NCBI GenBank assembly: GCA_012735575.1
Contig: JAAYGY010000050.1
Span: 9,020-73,019 of the forward strand
Reading direction: 5' to 3'
Source of the DNA: Clostridiales bacterium
GTDB lineage: Bacteria > Bacillota > Clostridia > Caldicoprobacterales > UBA3941
DNA: 64,000 nucleotides
Shown here: positions 45,909 through 55,371 of the stretch, piece by piece
Numbering within the stretch: position 1 is the stretch's first letter
How the letters are laid out: the number at the start of each line of letters is the position of its first letter
Made by a program: the position numbers and the translations under genes
Notes under the pieces: model-generated
The model's input: only the letters and a program-made list of their open reading frames with translations
Database searches by the model: none
Told to the model about the DNA's origin: nothing

Positions 45909-46681
45909 TATCGCATTTCTTGACCGCCTGTAACGTTTAGGGCCTGACCTGTCATATAGCTGGAACTATCAGAAGCCAGGAAAACCATGACATTGGCTAC
46001 ATCCTCATATGTGCAACCCCGTCCCAAAGGTACCTGATTTAAGTATTTCTGTCTAACCTCTTCCTTGGTTATCCCTTGATTGCGTGCATATTGCTCATAG
46101 AGACTGTTAACCCACAGAGGGGAGTCTAACAGGTTACCGGGGCATATGGCATTTACTCTTATATTATGGGGTGCTAGCTCTAAAGCAAGGCTTTGGGTAA
46201 GTCCAATTCCTCCGAACTTACTAGCTGCATAGGCGGAGTTTTTAAAGGACCCTTTCTTTCCTGATTTGCTATTAATCTGTATGATATTGCCATAACCTTG
46301 TTTTATCATTACGGGGGCTACAGCTTTGGCGCAGTTGAAATATCCTACTAAGTTTACATCTATAACCTTTTTCCATTCTGCGCTTGTGAATTCGTCTATA
46401 GCTTTGGCTATAAGAATAGCTGCATTGCTGACAAGGAGGTCAATTTTGCCGTATTTGTCCATGACTTGACCAATCATTTCCTCACATTGAGAATAATCAC
46501 ATACATCTACTTTTACAGCCATAGCATCTTCCAATTGACTGGCAGTCTGCTGTGCGGCATCCAGGTTGATATCAGCCACCACTACTTTTGCTCCTTCTTT
46601 GCTAAGGCGTTCACATAGCGCCTGTCCCAGGCCTTGTCCACCTCCGGTTACAATAGCCACCTTATCCTTTAATTGTTGCAA
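45908..46681 (-). CDS. srlD: Sorbitol-6-phosphate 2-dehydrogenase-like SDR
   Basis: TGGGQGLG cofactor motif and a long block IIQINSKSGKKGSFKNSAYAASKFGGIGLTQSLALELAP...GNLLDSP...VPLGRGCTYEDV...TGQALNVTGGQ that closely resembles E. coli SrlD. TTG start at 46681 after GGAAAGGG. Confidence 0.8.
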   Translation of the reverse strand: MQQLKDKVAIVTGGGQGLGQALCERLSKEGAKVVVADINLDAAQQTASQLEDAMAVKVDVCDYSQCEEMIGQVMDKYGKIDLLVSNAAILIAKAIDEFTSAEWKKVIDVNLVGYFNCAKAVAPVMIKQGYGNIIQINSKSGKKGSFKNSAYAASKFGGIGLTQSLALELAPHNIRVNAICPGNLLDSPLWVNSLYEQYARNQGITKEEVRQKYLNQVPLGRGCTYEDVANVMVFLASDSSSYMTGQALNVTGGQEMR

Positions 46682-46801
46682 AAAAATCACCCTTTCCAAT
46701 ACAAATACTATGTAACAGGTAAATAACACATTCTTAACATTAATTATACATTACCTAATAACTTATTTCAATGTAGACCGGGAAAAAACCAGCAAATTAA
46801 A

Positions 46802-46830
46802 TTGACATATACAAGACACTTTGATAAAAT
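46802..46830 (+). promoter_or_regulatory. Near-consensus sigma-A promoter (TTGACA-17 nt-TGaTAAAAT)
   Basis: ttgaca at 46802-46807 and taaaat at 46825-46830, with TG at 46822-46823. Confidence 0.7.
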
Positions 46831-46840
46831 ATACTTAATG

Positions 46841-46860
46841 TTTGTTATATATATAACAAA
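46841..46860. promoter_or_regulatory. Perfect 20-bp palindrome TTTGTTATATATATAACAAA just downstream of the predicted TSS (operator candidate)
   Basis: The sequence is self-complementary over all 20 bp. Confidence 0.55.
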
Positions 46861-46949
46861 TATAACATGATATATAATGTTTTAACATATTTATCACATT
46901 CTGCTTGGAACAAATACATTTCACTATAATTTTTTAATAGGAGGTACGT

Positions 46950-48338
46950 ATGGCTACACCAGTTATTATGCCCCGACAGGGATTAAGTGTGGAAAGTTGT
47001 ATTATAACAAAATGGCATAAGCAAAAAGGCGACAGGGTTGAACCTGGAGATGTTTTATTTACCTATGAGACAGACAAGGCTACTTTTGAAGAAGAGGCAC
47101 AGCATTCAGGGATACTATTAGAAATCTTTTTTGAAGAGGGAGATGATGTCCCTGTTTTGACAAATGTATGCGTTATTGGCGAAGAAGGCGATGATGTATC
47201 TCAATATTCCCCTCATAAAACCGAAGATGTCAAAGATGACGAAACGGTTGAAGAACCTTTACAGTCAGGGTCTCAGGCAGAGGTAGAGGAAGAATCAGAC
47301 ACACCTACAATAGTCCCACAAGAACAGGATAATGAGAAAGGCATTATAAAGATATCTCCCAGAGCCAGAAATCTGGCAAAAAGGGCAGGAGTTAATATTG
47401 AGCATGCTATTCCTACGGGTCCTGAAGGACGCATAATAGAAAGGGATATTATTGATCTAATGGAAAAAGGCAAGGTATTTACTCCTGCTGCAATGGATCA
47501 ATACAAGCCAGGATTTTCTGATTTGCCAGCTGTAGGAACAGGACTGGGTGGACGAGTAACTACCTATGATCTGGAGATGGCCCCTAAAGAAGAAAGGGCA
47601 ACTGTTGACTCTGCTGAAGAAAAAGTGAAAGCTGACATCAGTTCAGACTTTGAGGAAGTTAAACTAACCAATATTCGCAAGGTAATAGCCAGGACAATGC
47701 ATCAGTCATTGGCTAATACTGCCCAACTAACCCTTAATTCTTCCTTCGATGCTACAGATATTTTGAATTTCCGGGCTAAACTAAAAGGCAAGGGTCAAAG
47801 CCTAGGCTTGGACATAATAACCATTAATGATATTATTCTGTATGCTGTTTCCCGAACTCTTTTAAATCATAAAGAGCTGAACGCTCATTTCCTTGAGGAT
47901 TCAATGCGTTTATATAATACAGTAAACCTGGGTGTTGCTGTAGATACTCCTAGAGGACTTATGGTACCTACCATAATCAATGCTGAAAAGAAATCATTAC
48001 TGGAAATATCTAAAGAGGTTAAAGAGTTAGCTTCAGCCTGTCAGTCAGGCACCATTAACCCAGACTTACTTACCAATGGAACCTTTACTGTTACCAATCT
48101 GGGAGTTTTGGGCGTAGAGTCCTTTACACCAGTACTTAACCCGCCTCAAACTGGTATCTTGGGGGTTGGCAGTATTGTCCATAGGATAAGAGAAGTCCAT
48201 GGAGAGATTGAAAATTATCCTGCCATGGGTCTGTCCTTAACCTTTGATCATAGAGCAATAGATGGTGCACCTGCAGCAAGATTCCTTAAGGAATTAGCTG
48301 AAAACCTTGAAAACTTCAGCCTGCTGTTAGCTAAATAG
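46950..48338 (+). CDS. 2-oxo-acid dehydrogenase E2 (dihydrolipoamide acyltransferase)
   Basis: Lipoyl domain with ETDKA, E3-binding domain ISPRARNLAKRAGVNI and catalytic DHRAIDGA. Confidence 0.9.
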   Translation: MATPVIMPRQGLSVESCIITKWHKQKGDRVEPGDVLFTYETDKATFEEEAQHSGILLEIFFEEGDDVPVLTNVCVIGEEGDDVSQYSPHKTEDVKDDETVEEPLQSGSQAEVEEESDTPTIVPQEQDNEKGIIKISPRARNLAKRAGVNIEHAIPTGPEGRIIERDIIDLMEKGKVFTPAAMDQYKPGFSDLPAVGTGLGGRVTTYDLEMAPKEERATVDSAEEKVKADISSDFEEVKLTNIRKVIARTMHQSLANTAQLTLNSSFDATDILNFRAKLKGKGQSLGLDIITINDIILYAVSRTLLNHKELNAHFLEDSMRLYNTVNLGVAVDTPRGLMVPTIINAEKKSLLEISKEVKELASACQSGTINPDLLTNGTFTVTNLGVLGVESFTPVLNPPQTGILGVGSIVHRIREVHGEIENYPAMGLSLTFDHRAIDGAPAARFLKELAENLENFSLLLAK

Positions 48339-48349
48339 GAGGGATTTTA

Positions 48350-49714
48350 ATGAGTTATGACTTAATCGTTATAGGTGGTGGTCCGGCAGGATATTTAGGA
48401 GCATTAAGAGCTGCCGGTGAGGGCCTTAATACTTTATTGATTGAAGGAAGAAGAGTAGGAGGAGTTTGCCTTAATGAAGGATGTATTCCTTCCAAAACCT
48501 TGCTTCATTCCGCAAAAATTTATGATTATACCAGATTTAGCGATAAATATGGCGTAACAGCCAAAGAGGTAGAATATGACCATGCAAAGGTCATAAAACG
48601 AAAGAATAAAGTGGTAAGAACCTTGGTAGCGGGTATAAATTCCCAGTTAAAAGCTGCTAAAGTTAACCTGGTAACGGGATATGGACGCATTGAAGGCAGA
48701 AATTCTCAAGGGTATGTTGTAAGAGTTGGTGATGATACCTATACTGGTAGCAGGCTCTTGATTGCTACTGGTTCTCAGCCCATTATTCCTCCTATACCTG
48801 GAGTAAAAGAGGGAATAGAAAAAGGAATTGTGCTAACAAACCGGGAGATTCTTGACCTGGAAGAGGTACCAAAATCCCTTGTTATTGTTGGCGGAGGTGT
48901 AATCGGGCTAGAAATGGCTTCCTACTATAATTCTGCAGGTAGTCAAGTTACCGTTATAGAGATGCTAGACCATATTGGGGGAGAAACAGACAGGGAAATA
49001 TCCCAGATCCTCCTTAAAAATTATAAGGCCAAGGGCATAGATTTTAAACTGGAAGCCAGAGTAGTATCCATAGATGGAAATAAGGTTGTATATAAATCCC
49101 AGGGGCAGGAAACTGTCTTAGAAACCGATAAGATATTGATGAGCGTTGGAAGAAGGCCGGTTACAGAAGACTTAGGTCTAGAAACCATAGGAGTTGAGGT
49201 AGAGAATGGCAGAATAAAGACTGACGAGACTGGACTAACCAATATACCCAATGTATATGCTGCCGGAGATGTAAATGGTAAGTCACTCCTTGCTCATACT
49301 GCCTATAGAGAAGCTGAGGTATGCGTTAATAATATGGTGGGGCGCAGGGATATAATGAGATATAACGCCATTCCATCGGTAATCTATACAAATCCAGAGG
49401 TTGCTTCAGTAGGTGAAACCGAGGAAACCGCCAAGAAAAAAGGGTTGGATGTAGAAACTGTCAAACTGTCCATGCGCTATAGTGGAAGATATGTGGCAGA
49501 GAATGAAGGCGGAGATGGAATTTGTAAGTTGGTGATAGATAAAAAGTACAACAGGTTATTAGGTGTCCATATGATTGGAAACCCGGCTTCCGAAATAATT
49601 TATGGTGCTGCTCTTATGATAGAGACACAAATGCGAATCAAGGATATAAAGGAACTGGTATTTCCTCATCCCACCGTAGCGGAGATTATCCGTGAGGGTA
49701 TATTTCAGTTGTAA
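48350..49714 (+). CDS. lpdA: Dihydrolipoyl dehydrogenase (E3)
   Basis: FAD motif GGGPAGY, redox disulfide GGVCLNEGCIPSK, and HPT in the C-terminal interface domain. Confidence 0.9.
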   Translation: MSYDLIVIGGGPAGYLGALRAAGEGLNTLLIEGRRVGGVCLNEGCIPSKTLLHSAKIYDYTRFSDKYGVTAKEVEYDHAKVIKRKNKVVRTLVAGINSQLKAAKVNLVTGYGRIEGRNSQGYVVRVGDDTYTGSRLLIATGSQPIIPPIPGVKEGIEKGIVLTNREILDLEEVPKSLVIVGGGVIGLEMASYYNSAGSQVTVIEMLDHIGGETDREISQILLKNYKAKGIDFKLEARVVSIDGNKVVYKSQGQETVLETDKILMSVGRRPVTEDLGLETIGVEVENGRIKTDETGLTNIPNVYAAGDVNGKSLLAHTAYREAEVCVNNMVGRRDIMRYNAIPSVIYTNPEVASVGETEETAKKKGLDVETVKLSMRYSGRYVAENEGGDGICKLVIDKKYNRLLGVHMIGNPASEIIYGAALMIETQMRIKDIKELVFPHPTVAEIIREGIFQL

Positions 49715-49790
49715 AAGATGGAGATAGAGCTTAAGACAAGAGTTAATTAACTCAGTGAGTAATATATAACTAATAAAGGAGGACTCATCA

Positions 49791-52262
49791 ATGCCTAAAA
49801 ACCAATTTATCAATCCAAACCAGGTACGCAAGAGTGGTTGGATTAAATTTAATGATATTCCTGTAAATCAATATCAAAAGACTATTGAAGAGGAGAAAGA
49901 AAACTATTCTAAAGAGGACTTCTTAAGAATCTATCACCATATGGCCATTATTCGTGAATTTGAAACCATGATAGACCTTGTTAAAAAGACCGGGCAATAT
50001 AATGGGGTTGAGTATAATCATCCTGGTCCCGCTCACCTGTCCATAGGTCAGGAGGCATCAGCTGTAGGGCAGGCATATCTATTGGATGAAGATGATTTTA
50101 TATTTGGTTCACATCGAAGCCACGGAGAAGTGTTAGCCAAAGGTCTATCAGTCATCCATAAGATGGACAATGAAAGGCTGCTAAAAATCATGGAAGAGTT
50201 CTTTGATGGAACTGTCCTTAGAATAGTAGAGGAAAACAACAAAAACAGTAAAGATGTAAAGGAACTGGCCATTGATTTTCTAATATATGGAACCTTGGCC
50301 GAGATATTTGCAAGGGAGACTGGATTTAACAAGGGTCTTGGAGGTTCAATGCACGTATTCTTTACACCCTTTGGCATTTATCCTAATAACGCTATTGTTG
50401 GCGGCTCTGCAGATATTGCCATGGGATCCGCACTTTATAAAAAGGTAAACCAAAAAGATGGTATAGTTATAGCTAACATTGGTGACGCATCTATGGGCTG
50501 TGGACCAGTATGGGAGGCAATGAACATGGCAGCCATGGACCAGTTCAAGCTGCTGTGGGATGAGAGTCACAGAGGTGGATTGCCAATAATATTCAATTTC
50601 TTCAACAATCAATATGGCATGGGCGGCCAGACCAGCGGAGAAACCATGGGTTATGGCATTCTAGCCAGGGTTGGAGCAGGTATAAATTCAGAACAGATGC
50701 ATGCTGAAAGAGTGGACGGCTTTAATCCTTTAGCTGTAATCGATGCTATTAGAAGAAAGAAAGAGGTTCTAGAGAACAATCAAGGTCCAGTATTACTGGA
50801 TACCCTGACCTATAGATTCTCTGGGCATTCACCTTCCGATGCTTCCAGTTATCGCACAAAAGAGGAAGTAGAAGCCTGGATGGAGCATGATCCTTTAGAA
50901 GTCTTCAAGAAAGACTTAATTGAGGCTGGTGTCGCAAGTCAAGAGGAATTTGACCATATTTGGGAAAATACTAAAGACCTTATTTTTAGAAACTTTAAGA
51001 TATCCATAGATGAGAACATTTCTCCTTATATGGATTTAAAGAAAAATCCCAATATAATATCAGATCTAATGTTCTCCAATGAGAGAATAGAAAAGATGGA
51101 GGACAGAGAACCCGATGTATTGATTCCTAAAGAGGAGAATCCCAGGGTTCAACAGATAAAACGAAAGGTAAGAACTGCCTACAAGGATGGAAAACCAGTT
51201 CCAAAGACCAGGGTATTGCAGTTAAGAGATGCTATTTTCGAGGCTCTATTAGATAAATTCTATACAGATCCTACCTTGGTAGCCTACGGTGAGGAAAACA
51301 GGGATTGGGGTGGAGCCTTTGCTGTATACAGAGGCTTAACCGAATCTTTACCCTATCATAGATTGTTCAATGCACCTATATCGGAGGCCGCAATTGTGGG
51401 ATCAGCCGTTGGATATGGACTTTCAGGAGGTCGAGCTGTTGTAGAACTTATGTACTGTGACTTTTTAGGTCGTGCAGGTGATGAGGTTTTCAATCAGCTA
51501 TCCAAGTGGCAGGCTATGAGTGCAGGAATACTGAAAATGCCTGTTGTACTAAGAGTGTCCGTAGGTTCAAAATACGGTGCCCAGCATTCCCAGGACTGGA
51601 CATCCTTATGCGCCCATATACCTGGCCTAAAGGTAGTTTTTCCTGCTACACCATATGATGCTAAGGGATTGATGAATAGCGCATTGATGGGAACAGATCC
51701 TGTAGTTTTCTTTGAGAGTCAAAGGCTCTATGATATTGGTGAGATGTTTAACTCAGAAGGTGTACCAGAAGGGTATTATGAAGTGCCCATTGGCGAACCG
51801 GATATCAAGAGACAGGGTAGCGATATAACCATATTAACCATTGGCGCCACCTTATATAGAGCATTAGAAGCTGCCGATATATTAGAAAAAGAATATGGTT
51901 TAAGTGCAGAAGTTATTGATGCTAGAACCTTGGTACCCTTTAACTATGAGAAGGTATTGGAGTCTGTCAAGAAAACAGGTAGAATTCTGCTGGCCAGCGA
52001 TGCATGTGAAAGGGGTTCCTATCTGAATGACGTGGCACGGAATATAAGTGAGTTGGCCTTCGACTATCTTGATGCACCGCCAGTTGTTTTAGGAGCAAAG
52101 AATTGGATTACTCCGGCTTTTGAACTGGAAGAGTATTTCTTCCCACAACCCGACTGGTTTATTGACATAATACATGAAAGAATTTTACCTTTGAAGGGCC
52201 ATGTAGTTAAAAATAATTTCACCAAAAATGAACAGATCCGTTGTAACAGACTGGGAGTATAG
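49791..52262 (+). CDS. Fused E1 alpha/beta thiamine-diphosphate-dependent 2-oxo-acid dehydrogenase component
   Basis: Alpha part: GQEA, HRSHG, TPP motif GDASMGCG...NNQYGMG and [10 protein letters not shown]. Beta part begins near residue 480: [32 protein letters not shown]. One continuous 823-codon frame. Confidence 0.85.
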   Translation: MPKNQFINPNQVRKSGWIKFNDIPVNQYQKTIEEEKENYSKEDFLRIYHHMAIIREFETMIDLVKKTGQYNGVEYNHPGPAHLSIGQEASAVGQAYLLDEDDFIFGSHRSHGEVLAKGLSVIHKMDNERLLKIMEEFFDGTVLRIVEENNKNSKDVKELAIDFLIYGTLAEIFARETGFNKGLGGSMHVFFTPFGIYPNNAIVGGSADIAMGSALYKKVNQKDGIVIANIGDASMGCGPVWEAMNMAAMDQFKLLWDESHRGGLPIIFNFFNNQYGMGGQTSGETMGYGILARVGAGINSEQMHAERVDGFNPLAVIDAIRRKKEVLENNQGPVLLDTLTYRFSGHSPSDASSYRTKEEVEAWMEHDPLEVFKKDLIEAGVASQEEFDHIWENTKDLIFRNFKISIDENISPYMDLKKNPNIISDLMFSNERIEKMEDREPDVLIPKEENPRVQQIKRKVRTAYKDGKPVPKTRVLQLRDAIFEALLDKFYTDPTLVAYGEENRDWGGAFAVYRGLTESLPYHRLFNAPISEAAIVGSAVGYGLSGGRAVVELMYCDFLGRAGDEVFNQLSKWQAMSAGILKMPVVLRVSVGSKYGAQHSQDWTSLCAHIPGLKVVFPATPYDAKGLMNSALMGTDPVVFFESQRLYDIGEMFNSEGVPEGYYEVPIGEPDIKRQGSDITILTIGATLYRALEAADILEKEYGLSAEVIDARTLVPFNYEKVLESVKKTGRILLASDACERGSYLNDVARNISELAFDYLDAPPVVLGAKNWITPAFELEEYFFPQPDWFIDIIHERILPLKGHVVKNNFTKNEQIRCNRLGV

Positions 52263-52273
52263 TTATTAAAAAT

Positions 52274-52305
52274 TTAGGGGCTGCTTAGCAGCCCCTAATT
52301 TTTTT
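52274..52305. terminator. Bidirectional terminator
   Basis: ttaggggctgc-tta-gcagcccctaa stem followed by T7. Confidence 0.85.
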
Positions 52306-52990
52306 AAAGTGATGTCTTTTTAGCGTCAGTAGCATAAAAATCCTTTTTTGAAATAAAGCTGGGTACCTTGTATATGGCAATATACAATACAGTTGCTAGC
52401 AGTGCAGCCCACATAACATCCTTTATTGAATGCTGTTTTATAAAGACTGTGGAAAGACTAATAAGTACTGCGCTTATAAAAGATAACCAGCGCCATATTT
52501 TTGATTCCTTTTTAAACTCTTCACAATTAACCAGTGCTACATGAACTGCTATTGAATTAAGCACATGGATGCTAGGTGCAACATTAGTATTGGTATCCGT
52601 ACTATATATATGCTTAATCATTCTAGAGAATATGTCATCTTCTACAATAACAGGCCTTAAGTTCTGAGCATTGGGGAAAATCATATATAGTGCATAACAA
52701 ATACACATTCCTCCGAATATAAACCAGCAAAGTCTATAATAATCCTTTTTTGATACCATGCCCAGGTATAAAAAGCCAATAGCCATGTAAATAAACCAAT
52801 ACAGGTATGGTAATACAAATATTTTAATAAAAGGTATGTAACTATCTAATGGTGAGTACATAAAATATTTAGGCCGTATTGTTCTTTCACAGTAATAAAA
52901 CCAAATTTGGCAAACCCCATAAAGGGAAAGAAGGATAAAATGCCGATATCTATACCACAGGTTCATTAGTTTTTCTTTTTTTATCTCCAT
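52304..52990 (-). CDS. PAP2-superfamily membrane phosphatase
   Basis: Polytopic membrane protein with PSIH and KQHSIKD (C2/C3-like) motifs. The ATG at 52990 follows GAGGTG. Confidence 0.65.
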   Translation of the reverse strand: MEIKKEKLMNLWYRYRHFILLSLYGVCQIWFYYCERTIRPKYFMYSPLDSYIPFIKIFVLPYLYWFIYMAIGFLYLGMVSKKDYYRLCWFIFGGMCICYALYMIFPNAQNLRPVIVEDDIFSRMIKHIYSTDTNTNVAPSIHVLNSIAVHVALVNCEEFKKESKIWRWLSFISAVLISLSTVFIKQHSIKDVMWAALLATVLYIAIYKVPSFISKKDFYATDAKKTSL

Positions 52991-53346
52991 ATTTTCACCT
53001 CTCATACACAAGTAAGTCAAAGGATACAGGTACCAATCATCAATAATTTAATAGACCTTAGCAATGGTATTACAATATATTACAAATTATATTATACAAT
53101 ATGTAACGCCTTACAATTCTTAAAAGTATCTTAAAGAATATATGGTACTATGCTATTAATCCTTCACTTTATCACTTGATATGGCTACTGCTTTCAAGCA
53201 GGAATGTTCACTTGTCAATAGTATGGTAGTATTACACAGAATAGATTTGTATAGTACTTAAATAAATATGGTTGTGAATAGAGTTTGGGTATGCTAGAAT
53301 AAACGGGAGGATAAACTAGAAGAAAAGAATGATAAGGAGGAAAAAA

Positions 53347-54009
53347 ATGTACATAGTATTACTGGGTGCACCTGGATCCGGTAAAGGGACTCAGGGCGGT
53401 ATGATATCAGAAAAGCTATCTATTTCCCATCTATCAACGGGAGATCTTTTTAGGGACATTCTGGCCAATCCCGACCATGAATTATATAGTGAGCTTCAGG
53501 TTATTAAAGAGGGCAAACTTGTTTCAGATGAAATTGTAAATAGCGTAGTAGAGGATGGATTAAAAAAACCAGAGTACAAAAATGGAGTTATTTTCGATGG
53601 ATATCCAAGAACAGTCGCTCAGGCTGAGGCTCTTGATAAGATGCTGGAGGCAATGGGTAAAAAAGTAGATGTTGTCATAGACATTCAAGTAACTCAAGAG
53701 GTATTATTAGAACGTCTGTTAGGGCGTAGAAGCTGCCCCAATTGCAAGAGTATTTTCCATGTAAATGATGGTATAGATAAATGTCCTGATTGTAACCTTG
53801 AGCTTGTACAGAGGGATGATGATAATGAGCAGACCATTATGGAGCGATTTGAAGAATATAAGACAAAAACTGCACCTCTCCATGATTATTACAAGAAGGG
53901 AAACACTAATTATATAGAGATTAATGTTTCTGACTCTGCCAGAACGGCAACTAGCGTTAATCAGGAGATAATGGATAGACTAAGTGAGCTAGGACTTGTA
54001 CAAAAATGA
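53347..54009 (+). CDS. adk: Adenylate kinase with zinc-finger lid
   Basis: P-loop GAPGSGKGTQ, STGDLFR, and lid CPNC...CPDC. The ATG at 53347 follows AGGAGG. Confidence 0.9.
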   Translation: MYIVLLGAPGSGKGTQGGMISEKLSISHLSTGDLFRDILANPDHELYSELQVIKEGKLVSDEIVNSVVEDGLKKPEYKNGVIFDGYPRTVAQAEALDKMLEAMGKKVDVVIDIQVTQEVLLERLLGRRSCPNCKSIFHVNDGIDKCPDCNLELVQRDDDNEQTIMERFEEYKTKTAPLHDYYKKGNTNYIEINVSDSARTATSVNQEIMDRLSELGLVQK

Positions 54010-54704
54010 AAATTTTCGCCATAAGCGATTTACATCTCCCTGGTGGGCAAGATAAGCCCATGGATGTGTTTGGGGACAATTGGAAGAATCATTGGGAGAA
54101 GATTAAGAAAAATTGGGTTGAACTTATAAGTCCCCAGGATATAGTTTTAATACCAGGGGATATTAGCTGGGCTATGACATTGAAAGAAGCCATGGTAGAC
54201 TTAGACGATATTGCTACTTTACCTGGCAGGAAAATACTTACAAAGGGAAATCATGATTACTGGTGGTCTTCTATTACCCGGCTAAGGGAATCAGTACATC
54301 CTTCTATATATGCCATACAAAATGACAGCCTTAAATTCGATGATTTACCTGAAATAGCTTTTTGTGGCACAAGAGGGTGGGCTGTTCCGGGTATAAAGGA
54401 GTTTACTAGTCATGATCAGAAAATATTTAACCGAGAGCTCAACAGGTTAAAGATGTCCCTGGATGATGCTAAAGAATGCCAAAATATTATAGTGTTACTT
54501 CATTTTCCCCCATTTGATGATAAAGGAGAGGAAAGTGACCTTTGCCACCTTATTAGGCAGTATCCCGTTCAGCATGTAGTCTTTGGACATCTCCATGGCG
54601 ATAGCTTAAAGGAAGTCATTGAAGGCGAAATTAATGGATTGACATATCATCTAGTATCATGTGATTATCTAGATTTTAGACCTAAGTTGATAGTAGAGAT
54701 ATGA
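54006..54704 (+). CDS. Calcineurin-like metallophosphoesterase
   Basis: Motifs ISDLH, GDISW, GNHDYW and GHLHG. ATGA overlap with the adk stop. Confidence 0.8.
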   Translation: MKIFAISDLHLPGGQDKPMDVFGDNWKNHWEKIKKNWVELISPQDIVLIPGDISWAMTLKEAMVDLDDIATLPGRKILTKGNHDYWWSSITRLRESVHPSIYAIQNDSLKFDDLPEIAFCGTRGWAVPGIKEFTSHDQKIFNRELNRLKMSLDDAKECQNIIVLLHFPPFDDKGEESDLCHLIRQYPVQHVVFGHLHGDSLKEVIEGEINGLTYHLVSCDYLDFRPKLIVEI

Positions 54705-54750
54705 TTAAGCTTTATGACAAAATATATAGCTAAATGTTGTATATCGATAA

Positions 54751-54778
54751 AAAAACACGGTATTTTACCGTGTTTTTT
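54751..54778 (+). terminator. Rho-independent terminator
   Basis: cacggta / taccgtg stem followed by T6. Confidence 0.75.
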
Positions 54779-54853
54779 GTGATTTTAGGACTTATTTACT
54801 ATTTTTATAGGTTTTTGTTTATTTTAGCCCTAGATAAGAAGGAAATTATAAAA

Positions 54854-54900
54854 AAGTAGAGAATAAGTAATTAAAAGTGGTTGAAAGTGGAGGCAAGTGG
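54854..54900 (+). promoter_or_regulatory. MraZ-box array: five AAGT(R)(R) repeats phased about 10 bp apart (three exact AAGTGG)
   Basis: aagtag 54854, aagtaa 54865, aagtgg 54875, aagtgg 54885 and aagtgg 54895. The array starts next to the candidate promoter TTAGCC-17 nt-TATAAA (54824-54852). Confidence 0.65.
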
Positions 54901-54929
54901 TGAGATAATATAGGAAAGAGGTGAGAGTG

Positions 54930-55361
54930 GTGTTCATTGGGGAATATCAACATATCCTTGATCCAAAAGGGCGAGTCATTATGCCGTCTAAGTTTCGTGA
55001 TGGGTTAGGCGATAAATTTGTTGTGACCAAAGGCTTGGATCATTGTCTGTTTGTTTATCCCCAAAATGAATGGCAGGAGCTAGAACGCAAACTCCGCACT
55101 CTCCCCCTAACAAGCAAAGATGCAAGGGCTTTTACCAGGTTTTTCTTTGCAGGAGCCACTGAATGTGAATTGGACAAACAGGGAAGAATTTTGATACCTG
55201 CCAATCTTCGTGAATATGCCGAATTGACTAAGGAATTGGTCATAATCGGAGTAGCCAGTAGAGTTGAAATCTGGAGCAAGGAAAAATGGGATGACTACAA
55301 TGATGATGCCAATCTGGATCATCAATCCATTGTAGAAAAGATGGCAGAGTTAGGAATTTAG
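54930..55361 (+). CDS. mraZ: Transcriptional regulator MraZ
   Basis: [22 protein letters not shown] and a second SpoVT/AbrB-like half. GTG start at 54930 (alternatives 54921 and 54927). Confidence 0.9.
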   Translation: MFIGEYQHILDPKGRVIMPSKFRDGLGDKFVVTKGLDHCLFVYPQNEWQELERKLRTLPLTSKDARAFTRFFFAGATECELDKQGRILIPANLREYAELTKELVIIGVASRVEIWSKEKWDDYNDDANLDHQSIVEKMAELGI

Positions 55362-55371
55362 GAGGATACAG

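Noticed and set aside
53075-53135. Four TTACAA/TACAAT words at roughly 10-12 nt intervals between the PAP2 gene and adk.
   Set aside because: The repeats are short (5-6 nt), in extremely AT-rich DNA and with irregular spacing. This is indistinguishable from chance without comparative data.
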